A stretch of DNA of 64,000 nt from positions 32,953 through 96,952 of the forward strand of contig CAWAAF010000009.1 in assembly GCA_963779905.1 (NCBI GenBank), in the 5' to 3' direction. The stretch comes from an uncultured Chloroflexia bacterium (GTDB taxonomy: Bacteria > Chloroflexota > Limnocylindria > Limnocylindrales > CSP1-4). Positions 56,262-64,000 of the stretch are shown piece by piece. How positions within the stretch are numbered: the first letter of the stretch is position 1; the number at the start of each line of letters is the position of its first letter. Both the position numbers and the translations under genes were made by a program. The notes under the pieces were generated by a model. The model was given only the letters and a program-made list of their open reading frames with translations, made no database searches and was not told the DNA's origin.

Positions 56262-57583
56262 CACCTGAGACCAGGTACGCCAAGAGTGGCGCGATCCACA
56301 TCGCCTACCAGGTGCTGGGTGACGGTCCGATCGATCTCGTCTTCATCCCGGGCCTATTCACCCATGTCGAGCACCAATGGGAGGAACCGGGCTTCGCGCG
56401 CTTCCTGAACAGGCTGGCCTCGTTTTCGAGGCTGATCATCATCGACGCCCGAGGGGCCGGGCTGTCGGATCGAGCGCTCGAGCTACCGCCGATGGAAGAG
56501 CAGATGGACGACGTGCTGGCCGTCCTCGACGCGGTGGGCTCGCAGTCGGCGGCGTTCTTTGGCAACTCGCAGGCCGGGCCGATGGGCATCCTGTTCGCGG
56601 CGACCCACCCAGAGCGATCGCGGGCACTGGTTCTGTACGGCAGCTATGCCCGGCCGGCGGCGGACGTGGATTACCCATGGGGCCGCACCAAGGAATGGCT
56701 GGCGGGCTACGACCGATTGATCGACGAGGACTGGGGCAAGGGTCTGTTCCTCGATCAGGTAGCGCCGTCGCGGGTTAACGACGAGGCTTTCCGCCGCTGG
56801 TGGAGCAAGTACGAGCGTTTGTCGTATGGCCCGGGCAACGCGCTCGCCTACTTCCACATGAACTCGGAAATGGACGTACGGGCGATCCTGCCGTTGATCC
56901 GCGTCCCGACGCTCGTCCTCCAGCGCCGCGACGACGTTTACCGGCCGCCGGGGCACGCCGCCTACCTGGCGTCGCACATCCCCGGTGCGAAGCTGGTACA
57001 GCTACCCGGCAGCGACCACCTTCCGTACGTGGGCGATGCGGAGGCGGTGCTCGACGAGGTGCAGGAGTTCCTGACCGGCGTTCGCCCGACGCCCGAGCAC
57101 GATCGCGTGCTGGCGACAGTGCTGTTCACGGACATCGTGGGCTCGACCGAGCGCGCGAATGAGCTCGGCGACCGGGCGTGGAGGGAGCTGCTCCAGATGC
57201 ACCACGCGCTGATCCGCCAGGAGCTCGTCAGATTTCGCGGTCGCGAGGTTGATACCGCCGGTGACGGGTTCCTCGCGACCTTCGATGGACCAGCCCGCGC
57301 GGTTCGCTGCGCTCAGGCGATCGTCGACGACGTGCGCGCAATCGGGCTCGAGGTCCGCGCTGGCGTGCATACAGGGGAGATCGAGCTTATGGGCGACGAT
57401 GTCGGCGGTATCGCGGTCCATATCGGCGCACGCGTGGCCGCGACGGCGGGGCCGGGTGAGGTGCTTGTCTCGTCGACCGTGCGTGACCTCGTCGCCGGCT
57501 CCGGCATCGAGTTCGACGAGCGTGGCGAGCACGCCCTCAAGGGGTTGCCCGGCGCGTGGCGACTCTTCGCGACGAGGCGCTAG
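56258..57583 (+). CDS. Alpha/beta-hydrolase + class III adenylate/guanylate cyclase (LipJ-like)
   Basis: TRYAKSG..IAYQVLGDG; ATVLFTDIVGST, TAGDGFLATF, RAGVHTGE, VHIGARV, EVLVS. Confidence 0.92.
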   Translation: MTPETRYAKSGAIHIAYQVLGDGPIDLVFIPGLFTHVEHQWEEPGFARFLNRLASFSRLIIIDARGAGLSDRALELPPMEEQMDDVLAVLDAVGSQSAAFFGNSQAGPMGILFAATHPERSRALVLYGSYARPAADVDYPWGRTKEWLAGYDRLIDEDWGKGLFLDQVAPSRVNDEAFRRWWSKYERLSYGPGNALAYFHMNSEMDVRAILPLIRVPTLVLQRRDDVYRPPGHAAYLASHIPGAKLVQLPGSDHLPYVGDAEAVLDEVQEFLTGVRPTPEHDRVLATVLFTDIVGSTERANELGDRAWRELLQMHHALIRQELVRFRGREVDTAGDGFLATFDGPARAVRCAQAIVDDVRAIGLEVRAGVHTGEIELMGDDVGGIAVHIGARVAATAGPGEVLVSSTVRDLVAGSGIEFDERGEHALKGLPGAWRLFATRR

Positions 57584-60435
57584 CGCGGAATCGGCGTCAT
57601 CGACTCCCAGTCGGTGCCCGTCTTGAGGTCCACGTCCAGCGGGACATCAAGGGTCACGGCGCTCTCCATCACCTCGCGCACGATCGGGGCCAGCCCGGCA
57701 ACCTCGTCGCGCGGAACCTCGAGCAGCAGCTCATCGTGAACCTGCAGCAGCATCTGGGCGCGTGAGCCGTCGTCGCGCAGCCGGTCGGCAAGCCGGATCA
57801 TGGCGATCTTGACGATGTCGGCGGCCGTGCCCTGGATGGGCATGTTGATGGCCATCCGCTCGCCCGCCCCGCGCAGTGCCGAGTTACGCGCCTGCAGCTC
57901 CGGAATCCAGCGCCGCCGGCCGAACAACGTCGACACGTAGCCCTGCTCTCGGGCGACTTCCTTGATGTGCATCATGTAGTAGCTGATGCCGGAGTAGGCG
58001 GCGAAGTACGAGGTGATGAACTCCTGCGCCTCGGCGCGCGGAATGTTCGCCCGGCTCGACAGGCCGAAGTCGCTCATGCCGTAGGCGAGCCCGAAGTTGA
58101 CCATCTTGGCCATCGAGCGCTCGTCCTGGTTGACGCTCTCAGGCGGCTTGTGGAGCACGCGCGCGGCCGTCTCGCGGTGGATATCGGCGCGCCGCTCGAA
58201 CGCTTCCTTGAGGTGAATGTCGCCCGACACGTGGGCGAGGATGCGCAGCTCGATCTGGCTGTAGTCGGCAGCCAGCAGGACGGTATCCGGTGAGCCGGCG
58301 ATGAACGTGTGGCGGATCTTCCGACCGAGCTCGGAGCGAATGGGGATGTTCTGCAGGTTGGGATCGGTCGAGGAGAGGCGACCGGTCGACGCGACGGCCT
58401 GGTGGAAGGTCGTGTGGAGGCGGCCGTCAAGCGGGTCGAGCAGCAGCGGCAGCGCCTCGACGTAGGTGCTGCGCAGCTTGGTGTAGTTGCGCCACTCGAG
58501 GATCTTGTCGATGGCCGGATGTGCGGCCCGCAAATCCTCGAGGACGCCCGCGTCAGTGGAAAAGCCCGTCTTCGTGCGGCGGCCGCGCGGCAGGTTGAGC
58601 TCGTAGAAGAGGACCTGTTCGAGCTGTTTGGGGCTGCCGATGGTGAACTGATGGCCGACGTCGGCGTAGATCTCCTGCTCCAGCCGGCTGATCTCTTCGG
58701 CGAACGCCCTTGATAGGCCGGCCAGCGCTTCGCGGTCGATAGCCACGCCGGCCGACTCCATCTGGGCGAGCACGGGGATCAGCGGCAGCTCTATCTCGTC
58801 GAGCACACGGGCGAGCGTGGGCTCGTTGTCGAGGTCCTGCTGGAGAGCCTGGCGGGCAGCGGCGCTGGAGGCGGCCTGGACGGCCGCGTGATCACGCCCG
58901 CCGAGTGCGCCATCAGGCGGCAGCTCAACTTCCAGCCGTTCGGCGGCGAAGCTGGCCAGCGTCTGGCTGCGCAGCGCGGCGTTCAGCACGTAGGCGGCGA
59001 TCTGGGTATCAAAGGCAACTTTGGGCAGCGCCTGGGCAGCGCCCTTCGCCAGCTGCCAGCCGAGCAGCTGCTTGACCTCGTGGCCGGCCACGGGTTTGCC
59101 GGCGGCGGTGAGTTGCTCGACGAGGCGGGCGGCGTTGGCGGCGTCGGCGGCGACGATCCTCCCTTTGGAGCCCACCGCCAAGCCAAGCAGATCGCCTCGA
59201 CGCGGTCGGACGTCCGACAGAGCGAAGCCGACGGTCAGGTCGGGCTGCTCCAGCAGCCATCCGCTGTAGTCGGTGGCCGGGTCGAAAGCTTCTGCGAGCG
59301 TGGGATCGGTCAGCAGTCTCTTCAGGGCGCCGACTGGGTCGGTCGGGCGCTCGAGGACGGCAGTAGCGGTCGCCGCCGGCGCAGGCTGACTGGCGACTAG
59401 CGCCTGGCTCGACGAACCGAGGTCGAGGCTGAGTTGTAACCCACTCCCCTCGCCCATCTGCGCTCGTTGGGCGGCAGACGGCCGGCCGGCTACCTGTACG
59501 GCCGGGATCGGCGCAGAACGGTCCGCGGCGCGCAGCAGGTCACCGGGTGCACGCACCTCTTCGCCGGTAATGCCGGGCAGGCGTTCGACCAAGGAGCGGA
59601 ACTCGTACTCGCGGAAGAGACGCAGGACTTCGTTGCGGTCGTAGTCACCCAGGCGGGCGGGCTCGAGCTCGAGCTCGACCGGCACGTCGGCGCGCACGGT
59701 AACCAGCGTGCGCCAGCGGAAGACGTCGTCCCGGTACTCGGCGAGCTTGGCGCGCAGCTTCTCGGGCTGGACTTCATCGATGTGCTCGTACAGGTTGTCC
59801 AAGTGGCTGAACTTTTGCAGGACCGTCGCGGCCGTCTTCTCGCCCACCCCTGGAATGCCCGGGATGTTGTCAGTCGCGTCGCCCTTGAGCGCCTTGAAGT
59901 CGATCATCTGGTCGGCGGTCAGGCCGTAGCGCTCGTTGATACGCGCCGGGTCGTAGAACGTCGTCTGTTGGACGCCGCCACGTGTGGTCATGACGGTTGT
60001 CAGGTCGGTCACGAGCTGGAGCAGGTCGAGGTCGCCCGAAACGATGGTGGTATCGATGCCGCGAGCTTCTGCCTGCTTGACGAGGGTGGCGATGACATCG
60101 TCCGCCTCGAAGCCGGCCACTTCGTACACCGGGATGCCGAACGCGGCGATGATCTGGCGCACGATCGGGAACTGGTCCTTGAGGTCGTCCGGCATTGCTC
60201 GCCGCGTCGCCTTGTAGTCCGAGTAAAGCTCGCGGCGGAACGTGGGCGCCGCCACGTCAAAGGCGGCGATGACGTAATCAGGCTTCACGTCCTGGAAGCC
60301 GCGCAGAACGATGCTCCAGAAGCCGAAAACGGCGTTTACCAGCTGGCCCTTGCTCGTCGTCAGCGGCGTCTGAATCAGGGCGAAATAGGCGCGATAAATC
60401 AGGCTGTTCGAGTCGAGGAGCATCAGCCTGGGCAC
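57580..60435 (-). CDS. polA: DNA polymerase I
   Basis: 5'-3' exonuclease (EADDVIATL, GDATDNIPG); motifs TGRLSS.DPNLQNIP, ADYSQIELR, KMVNFGLAYG, QVHDEL. Confidence 0.98.
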   Translation of the reverse strand: MPRLMLLDSNSLIYRAYFALIQTPLTTSKGQLVNAVFGFWSIVLRGFQDVKPDYVIAAFDVAAPTFRRELYSDYKATRRAMPDDLKDQFPIVRQIIAAFGIPVYEVAGFEADDVIATLVKQAEARGIDTTIVSGDLDLLQLVTDLTTVMTTRGGVQQTTFYDPARINERYGLTADQMIDFKALKGDATDNIPGIPGVGEKTAATVLQKFSHLDNLYEHIDEVQPEKLRAKLAEYRDDVFRWRTLVTVRADVPVELELEPARLGDYDRNEVLRLFREYEFRSLVERLPGITGEEVRAPGDLLRAADRSAPIPAVQVAGRPSAAQRAQMGEGSGLQLSLDLGSSSQALVASQPAPAATATAVLERPTDPVGALKRLLTDPTLAEAFDPATDYSGWLLEQPDLTVGFALSDVRPRRGDLLGLAVGSKGRIVAADAANAARLVEQLTAAGKPVAGHEVKQLLGWQLAKGAAQALPKVAFDTQIAAYVLNAALRSQTLASFAAERLEVELPPDGALGGRDHAAVQAASSAAARQALQQDLDNEPTLARVLDEIELPLIPVLAQMESAGVAIDREALAGLSRAFAEEISRLEQEIYADVGHQFTIGSPKQLEQVLFYELNLPRGRRTKTGFSTDAGVLEDLRAAHPAIDKILEWRNYTKLRSTYVEALPLLLDPLDGRLHTTFHQAVASTGRLSSTDPNLQNIPIRSELGRKIRHTFIAGSPDTVLLAADYSQIELRILAHVSGDIHLKEAFERRADIHRETAARVLHKPPESVNQDERSMAKMVNFGLAYGMSDFGLSSRANIPRAEAQEFITSYFAAYSGISYYMMHIKEVAREQGYVSTLFGRRRWIPELQARNSALRGAGERMAINMPIQGTAADIVKIAMIRLADRLRDDGSRAQMLLQVHDELLLEVPRDEVAGLAPIVREVMESAVTLDVPLDVDLKTGTDWESMTPIPR

Positions 60436-60463
60436 AGGCTGAGTTTACGCAAGCGCTTCGCGG

Positions 60464-61330
60464 CTAGCGGAGAAGCGGGTCCTCGTTGCGACGACGCGCG
60501 TAGATCGACAGCAGCAACAACCCGAAGGCGACGATTGCCAGCGTCAGGCCCGCATAGACGAGCAGCAACCGGCCGGTGTCCGTACCGGTGTCAGCAGTAG
60601 ACGGGGGGGCTGGGGCCGGCCCACCACCGTTGATGAGCCCTTCAGTAGCGGTCGGAGCGGGCTCCAGGGCCACGGTATGAGTTGCGGTGGCCGGGGCCGT
60701 GGGCGACATGGTCAGGTACATCGAATCGCCTTGGGTACTCTTCGCCGAGCCGGTAGGCATTGCGGCCGGGACAGGCGAGAAGGCACCCTGCGCGCCAGTT
60801 CCACCGGCAGATTCAGCATATGACGCAGATGCTGCTGCGGCCGGACCGCGGCTGTCCTGGTTTTGCGAAGGTGTAGCCGAGACGTCGTGCACCGCCGCAG
60901 GCGGTGGAGCGGCGCCAGCCGACGCAAAGTAGGCGTTCGGCACGCCGCCGACCGCGGCAATGACCAGGCCCAATGCCACGCCAACGCCGGCGACCGGACG
61001 CAGCAGACCGAGCTTGGGCATGGCCAGGCGGCGAAGGAAGCGATCGAAGGGCGATCCACGGAGCTGTTCCGCAACTTCCATAGAGAGGCGGAAGTCGCGC
61101 CTTCGCTTGGGCGCGGGCATGGCGGCCAGCGAAGTGTGGAGGGATTTGATGTCGGCTGCCAGGCGGGCGCAGTCGGTACAGTGGTCGACCTGCGCGCCGG
61201 CCTGCTTGAGATCGGCGCCATCGAGGTCGCCGGCGGCGTAGCGCACGACCAAAAGGCGATCGTGGCGTGCGTGGCCGGGGGCTTGGGCTGCTTCCCGTTC
61301 GTTCACGTCGGCCTTGACGTTCTCACTCAC
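60464..61330 (-). CDS. Putative zinc-binding anti-sigma factor (HxxxCxxC-like) with two TMs
   Basis: VDHCTDC, RRDFRL, TM, low-complexity linker, C-terminal TM; overlaps the sigma stop. Confidence 0.7.
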   Translation of the reverse strand: MSENVKADVNEREAAQAPGHARHDRLLVVRYAAGDLDGADLKQAGAQVDHCTDCARLAADIKSLHTSLAAMPAPKRRRDFRLSMEVAEQLRGSPFDRFLRRLAMPKLGLLRPVAGVGVALGLVIAAVGGVPNAYFASAGAAPPPAAVHDVSATPSQNQDSRGPAAAASASYAESAGGTGAQGAFSPVPAAMPTGSAKSTQGDSMYLTMSPTAPATATHTVALEPAPTATEGLINGGGPAPAPPSTADTGTDTGRLLLVYAGLTLAIVAFGLLLLSIYARRRNEDPLLR

Positions 61331-61997
61331 GCAACAGTTCCATCTCTTCACCCAGCAGTTCACGCAACGCGAGGCGGCCTCGGTGGATTCGTGATTTGAC
61401 CGTGCCCAACGCGGCGCCGGTCATGTCGGCGATCTCCTGGTAGTCGTAGCCTTCGACGTCGTAAAGCACGATGGCCTGGCGCTGGTCGTCGGTGATCTGC
61501 TGCAGGGCGACGGCGAGCACGCGGCTCGCGTTTCGGCGCATGGCCTGGCGCTCGGGGTTGTCGGCCGCGTCGGCGGGCGGCTGCCAGGCGTCGTCCTCCC
61601 ACTCTGGGTACGGTTCTGACGGCCTACGCTTGCGTTGACGCAGAACGTCGGTGGCGGCGTTAAGCGCGATGCGCGTCAACCAGCTCCGAAATGAACCACC
61701 GCGAAAGCGGTTGAGGTTGCGATAGCAGCTGAAGAACGCCTCCTGAACCGCGTCCGTGGCCGAGTCGCGATCGCCGACGACCCGCACGACGAGCGCAAAC
61801 AGGTAGTCCTGGTAGATGGTGACGATCTCGTTGAACGCTTCGAGTTCACCATCGAGTGCGCGCTCGATCAGCGCACCATCTCGCGCCTGTTGGATCTCAC
61901 GGGCACGCTGGGCATCGGTCACGGGAGCGGCGGTTGGCGCCGCCTCCTCCTGATCGGTTGGCAGCGACGCATCAGACCGCGGTGCGGTCTCATCCAC
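61323..61997 (-). CDS. ECF RNA polymerase sigma factor
   Basis: DAVQEAF, SFRSWLTRIALN, GYDYQEIA...GTVKSRIHRGR. Confidence 0.93.
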   Translation of the reverse strand: MDETAPRSDASLPTDQEEAAPTAAPVTDAQRAREIQQARDGALIERALDGELEAFNEIVTIYQDYLFALVVRVVGDRDSATDAVQEAFFSCYRNLNRFRGGSFRSWLTRIALNAATDVLRQRKRRPSEPYPEWEDDAWQPPADAADNPERQAMRRNASRVLAVALQQITDDQRQAIVLYDVEGYDYQEIADMTGAALGTVKSRIHRGRLALRELLGEEMELLRE

Positions 61998-62112
61998 GAG
62001 CGGGCTGTCTCCTCCAGTGCGTGGCAGCGCCAGAGACCCCCTCGGCAGCGCCGCGCAAGCCTAGCATCTGACGTGGGCCGAACCCGTGCGTACCCTAATA
62101 TCTCGGGGCGCT

Positions 62113-62198
62113 GCCGAAGTGGCGGAACGGGATACGCGATGGTCTCAAACACCATTCCCCGCAAGGGGTTGTGGGTTCGAATCCCACCTTCGGCACCA
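62113..62198 (+). tRNA. tRNA-Leu (CAA)
   Basis: GCCGAAG acceptor stem, anticodon arm ATGGT-CTCAAAC-ACCAT, long variable arm CCCC-GCAA-GGGG, GTTCGAATC, encoded CCA. Confidence 0.95.
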
Positions 62199-62274
62199 CC
62201 TCTCTGACGACCGTTGCCCATCGGTCGTGACGCGCCGAGTTCGTTGCGGCGTGGTCGGCCGGCGCTCACCTGCA

Positions 62275-62472
62275 AAGTGTGCCGCTGGAGCACCACCGGG
62301 CGAAAGCCCGCCACGTCCCGCCGGGGTTTGGGCGTTTCTGCGCCTGGTCGTGCACACAAATAACGTCGCGGGGCGGCAGCATCGCAAGAGTGCATCCCTA
62401 GCAGCACACAAATGGCCAAAATCATCGGCGCGGCGGTCGACGATCTCCCGGTGGTGCTGGGCCTGCACACAT
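62275..62472. repeat. ~200-bp repeat unit 3 (solo, opposite orientation; B end 62275-62304, degenerate A end 62443-62472)
   Basis: + strand AAGTGTGCCGCTGGAGCACCACCGGGCGAA; - strand ATGTGTGCAGGCCCAGCACCACCGGGAGAT. Confidence 0.8.
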
Positions 62473-62674
62473 GTCGGCCGCGGCGAGTGCGTGGTTCGGC
62501 CTGACCAACACTGGGCAGTTGGCGCTCAGACGGCCACCCAGGCTTGCAAATTCCTGACTGCAATCCAACTGCTACGCGGAGGTCGGTTGCGCGGATCGAC
62601 CGGCCGTAGCCGACTCAATACCGTCACCGCCGACGCCGACGCACATTCGTTGCGCGGCCTAGCTGGAGGTGACG

Positions 62675-62824
62675 GTGACCTGGGCCCTAATCGCGATCCT
62701 GACCGTTCTCTGGCTGATAGGCCTCGCATTCGACGTTGCCGGCCCTTTCGTGAACGTCCTGCTGGTGATGGCGGCCGTGCTGGTGACCCTCGAGGTCGCC
62801 AAACGGACGCGTGCACCGGCCTGA
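62675..62824 (+). CDS. Small membrane protein, lmo0937/DUF5670-like (not in ORF track)
   Basis: GGAGG RBS; MTWALIAILTVLWLIGLAFDVAGPFVNVLLVMAAVLVTLEVAKRTRAPA*. Confidence 0.6.
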   Translation: MTWALIAILTVLWLIGLAFDVAGPFVNVLLVMAAVLVTLEVAKRTRAPA

Positions 62825-62858
62825 CGTCACTGGAATTGCCCCTAGAAGGAGTGAGAAG

Positions 62859-63020
62859 GTGAGTTTGTCTGGATTGCTGTGGTTAGTGATCGTCGTGCTG
62901 GTGGCGCTGTGGCTGATCGGCCTGGTCGCCAACGTCGGCGGCGGCCTCATTCACATCCTGCTGGTCATCGCCTTGATCGTCATCGTGGTCAACCTGCTGA
63001 CCGGCCGGCGCGCCGTCTAG
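62859..63020 (+). CDS. lmo0937/DUF5670 family small membrane protein
   Basis: LLWLVIVVLVALWLIGLVANVGGGLIHILLVIALIVIVVNLLTGRRAV; AAGGAG RBS. Confidence 0.85.
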   Translation: MSLSGLLWLVIVVLVALWLIGLVANVGGGLIHILLVIALIVIVVNLLTGRRAV

Positions 63021-63128
63021 CGCACCCGAACGCAGATCGGGCTGCCCGAGCGAGCGGCCCGATCAATCAAAGGCAATTGGCGCCACCTCCGGCGGCTAGT
63101 ACGCTTGCCGCAAAAGGAGGTGGCGCGT

Positions 63129-63323
63129 TTGTTGAATTTGCAGTCGGAACTGATTCGCTTCGAGCACAGTCACGGCAACAACGAGTGGGGCACGATGGAA
63201 GAAGTCCGTGATCCGGCGCAAAGCGACGAGGAACGGCAGTGGTCGCGCCACCGCATCTTCCGCTGCAAGAGCTGCGAAGAGGAGATACGGGTCGAGGTAC
63301 CTGAGCCAGGTCGCGACGAATAG
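63129..63323 (+). CDS. Small putative metal-binding protein (HxH...CxxC)
   Basis: AGGAGG RBS; EHSHG...IFRCKSCEEEI. Confidence 0.6.
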   Translation: MLNLQSELIRFEHSHGNNEWGTMEEVRDPAQSDEERQWSRHRIFRCKSCEEEIRVEVPEPGRDE

Positions 63324-63406
63324 ACGCGCTCATCCAGCGAACAAACCGCGAGTTTGGAAGCGGCGCGGCCTCGGCCGCGCCGCTAATCTTGGAGGAACCA
63401 GCCGCG

Positions 63407-64000
63407 CTACCTGACGGCCGAGAACACCTCGTCGGCCTGTGACTGAGTCATTGGCCCGGCGAAGATTAGTGAATCCCCGATCACGAGGCCGTAGCTGGTG
63501 CCGTTCTCGTCGGTGTAGGTGAAGACCTGCTTTCCGCCGGCGGTCCCTTGACCGACCGTGCCCTCGGTGGCCAGGTTGTGGCCCGAGAGCGCCACGATCT
63601 GAGCGATGACGTTGACGAGCTGCTGAGCATTTCCGCCTGGCACCCGCAACCCAAATAGATCGACCTGCTCGTCGTCGGCAACAACACTGGCTGATGCCCA
63701 AGTCACATCGGCCAGGTTCACGCCCATCTTCGATTGCAGCTGGTCGACCGCGGCGCTATCGCCACCCATGCAAACAAACGCCGCCCACTTGCCGGACTGA
63801 AGGTCGGTCACGTTGTTGCCGTCGACCTGCGCCGGAAAGTGGGCTTCGAGAGTCGGATCCGGCACTGGGCTTGGGAAGTTCAACGGGTTGTTGGGATCGA
63901 TCGTCGGGAACGCCGCGCAGACGCTGCCGCCAATGGGCGGCTCATTGGTCCCGCCGAACGTCGGAGTAGCCGGCAAGGCGCCGGATGGCGAAGGAGTCAC
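63407..64000 (-). CDS. Secreted/lipoprotein-like hypothetical protein (5' end outside window)
   Basis: Open frame to the window edge, PT-rich start, LEAHFPAQVDG domain. Confidence 0.6.
   Translation of the reverse strand: MTPSPSGALPATPTFGGTNEPPIGGSVCAAFPTIDPNNPLNFPSPVPDPTLEAHFPAQVDGNNVTDLQSGKWAAFVCMGGDSAAVDQLQSKMGVNLADVTWASASVVADDEQVDLFGLRVPGGNAQQLVNVIAQIVALSGHNLATEGTVGQGTAGGKQVFTYTDENGTSYGLVIGDSLIFAGPMTQSQADEVFSAVR

Noticed and set aside
62113-62198. tRNA-Leu as an integration site for a prophage or island
   Set aside because: No integrase and no duplicated tRNA 3' end seen in the window.

Overview
High-GC bacterial chromosomal window. Gene content and style suggest a Chloroflexota (Limnocylindria/Ellin6529-like) genome, which is an inference. 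Many single-base indels split otherwise normal genes (pyk, mutM, ABC-F, several secreted proteins), most likely long-read assembly errors. Layout: (1) 1-9.4 kb holds the 3' end of a YDG/PxKF surface protein, small membrane proteins and lipoproteins, pyk, an XRE-HTH + PD-(D/E)XK-like gene sandwiched between two ~200-bp repeat units, a cation transporter, and an ECF sigma/anti-sigma pair with a divergent paralogous lipoprotein. (2) ~9.4-44.6 kb is a surface-glycan locus: GDP-heptose genes gmhA/hddA/hddC, wecB, GT4/GT2 enzymes, a flippase, a sulfotransferase and a methyltransferase. These are interleaved with six secreted proteins sharing seven copies of an unassigned ~205-aa domain, and one of them sits behind a c-di-GMP-I riboswitch. 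(3) 44.6-64 kb carries uvrB, Tad minor-pilin/CpaB genes, coaE, ABC-F, mutM, a LipJ-like cyclase, polA, a second ECF pair, tRNA-Leu(CAA), a third solo repeat unit and small proteins. The best candidate for an undescribed system is a REP/REPIN- or LTR-like family of ~200-bp units with conserved asymmetric 30-bp inverted ends. Two units bracket the HTH-nuclease gene and one lies 58 kb away beside the tRNA.
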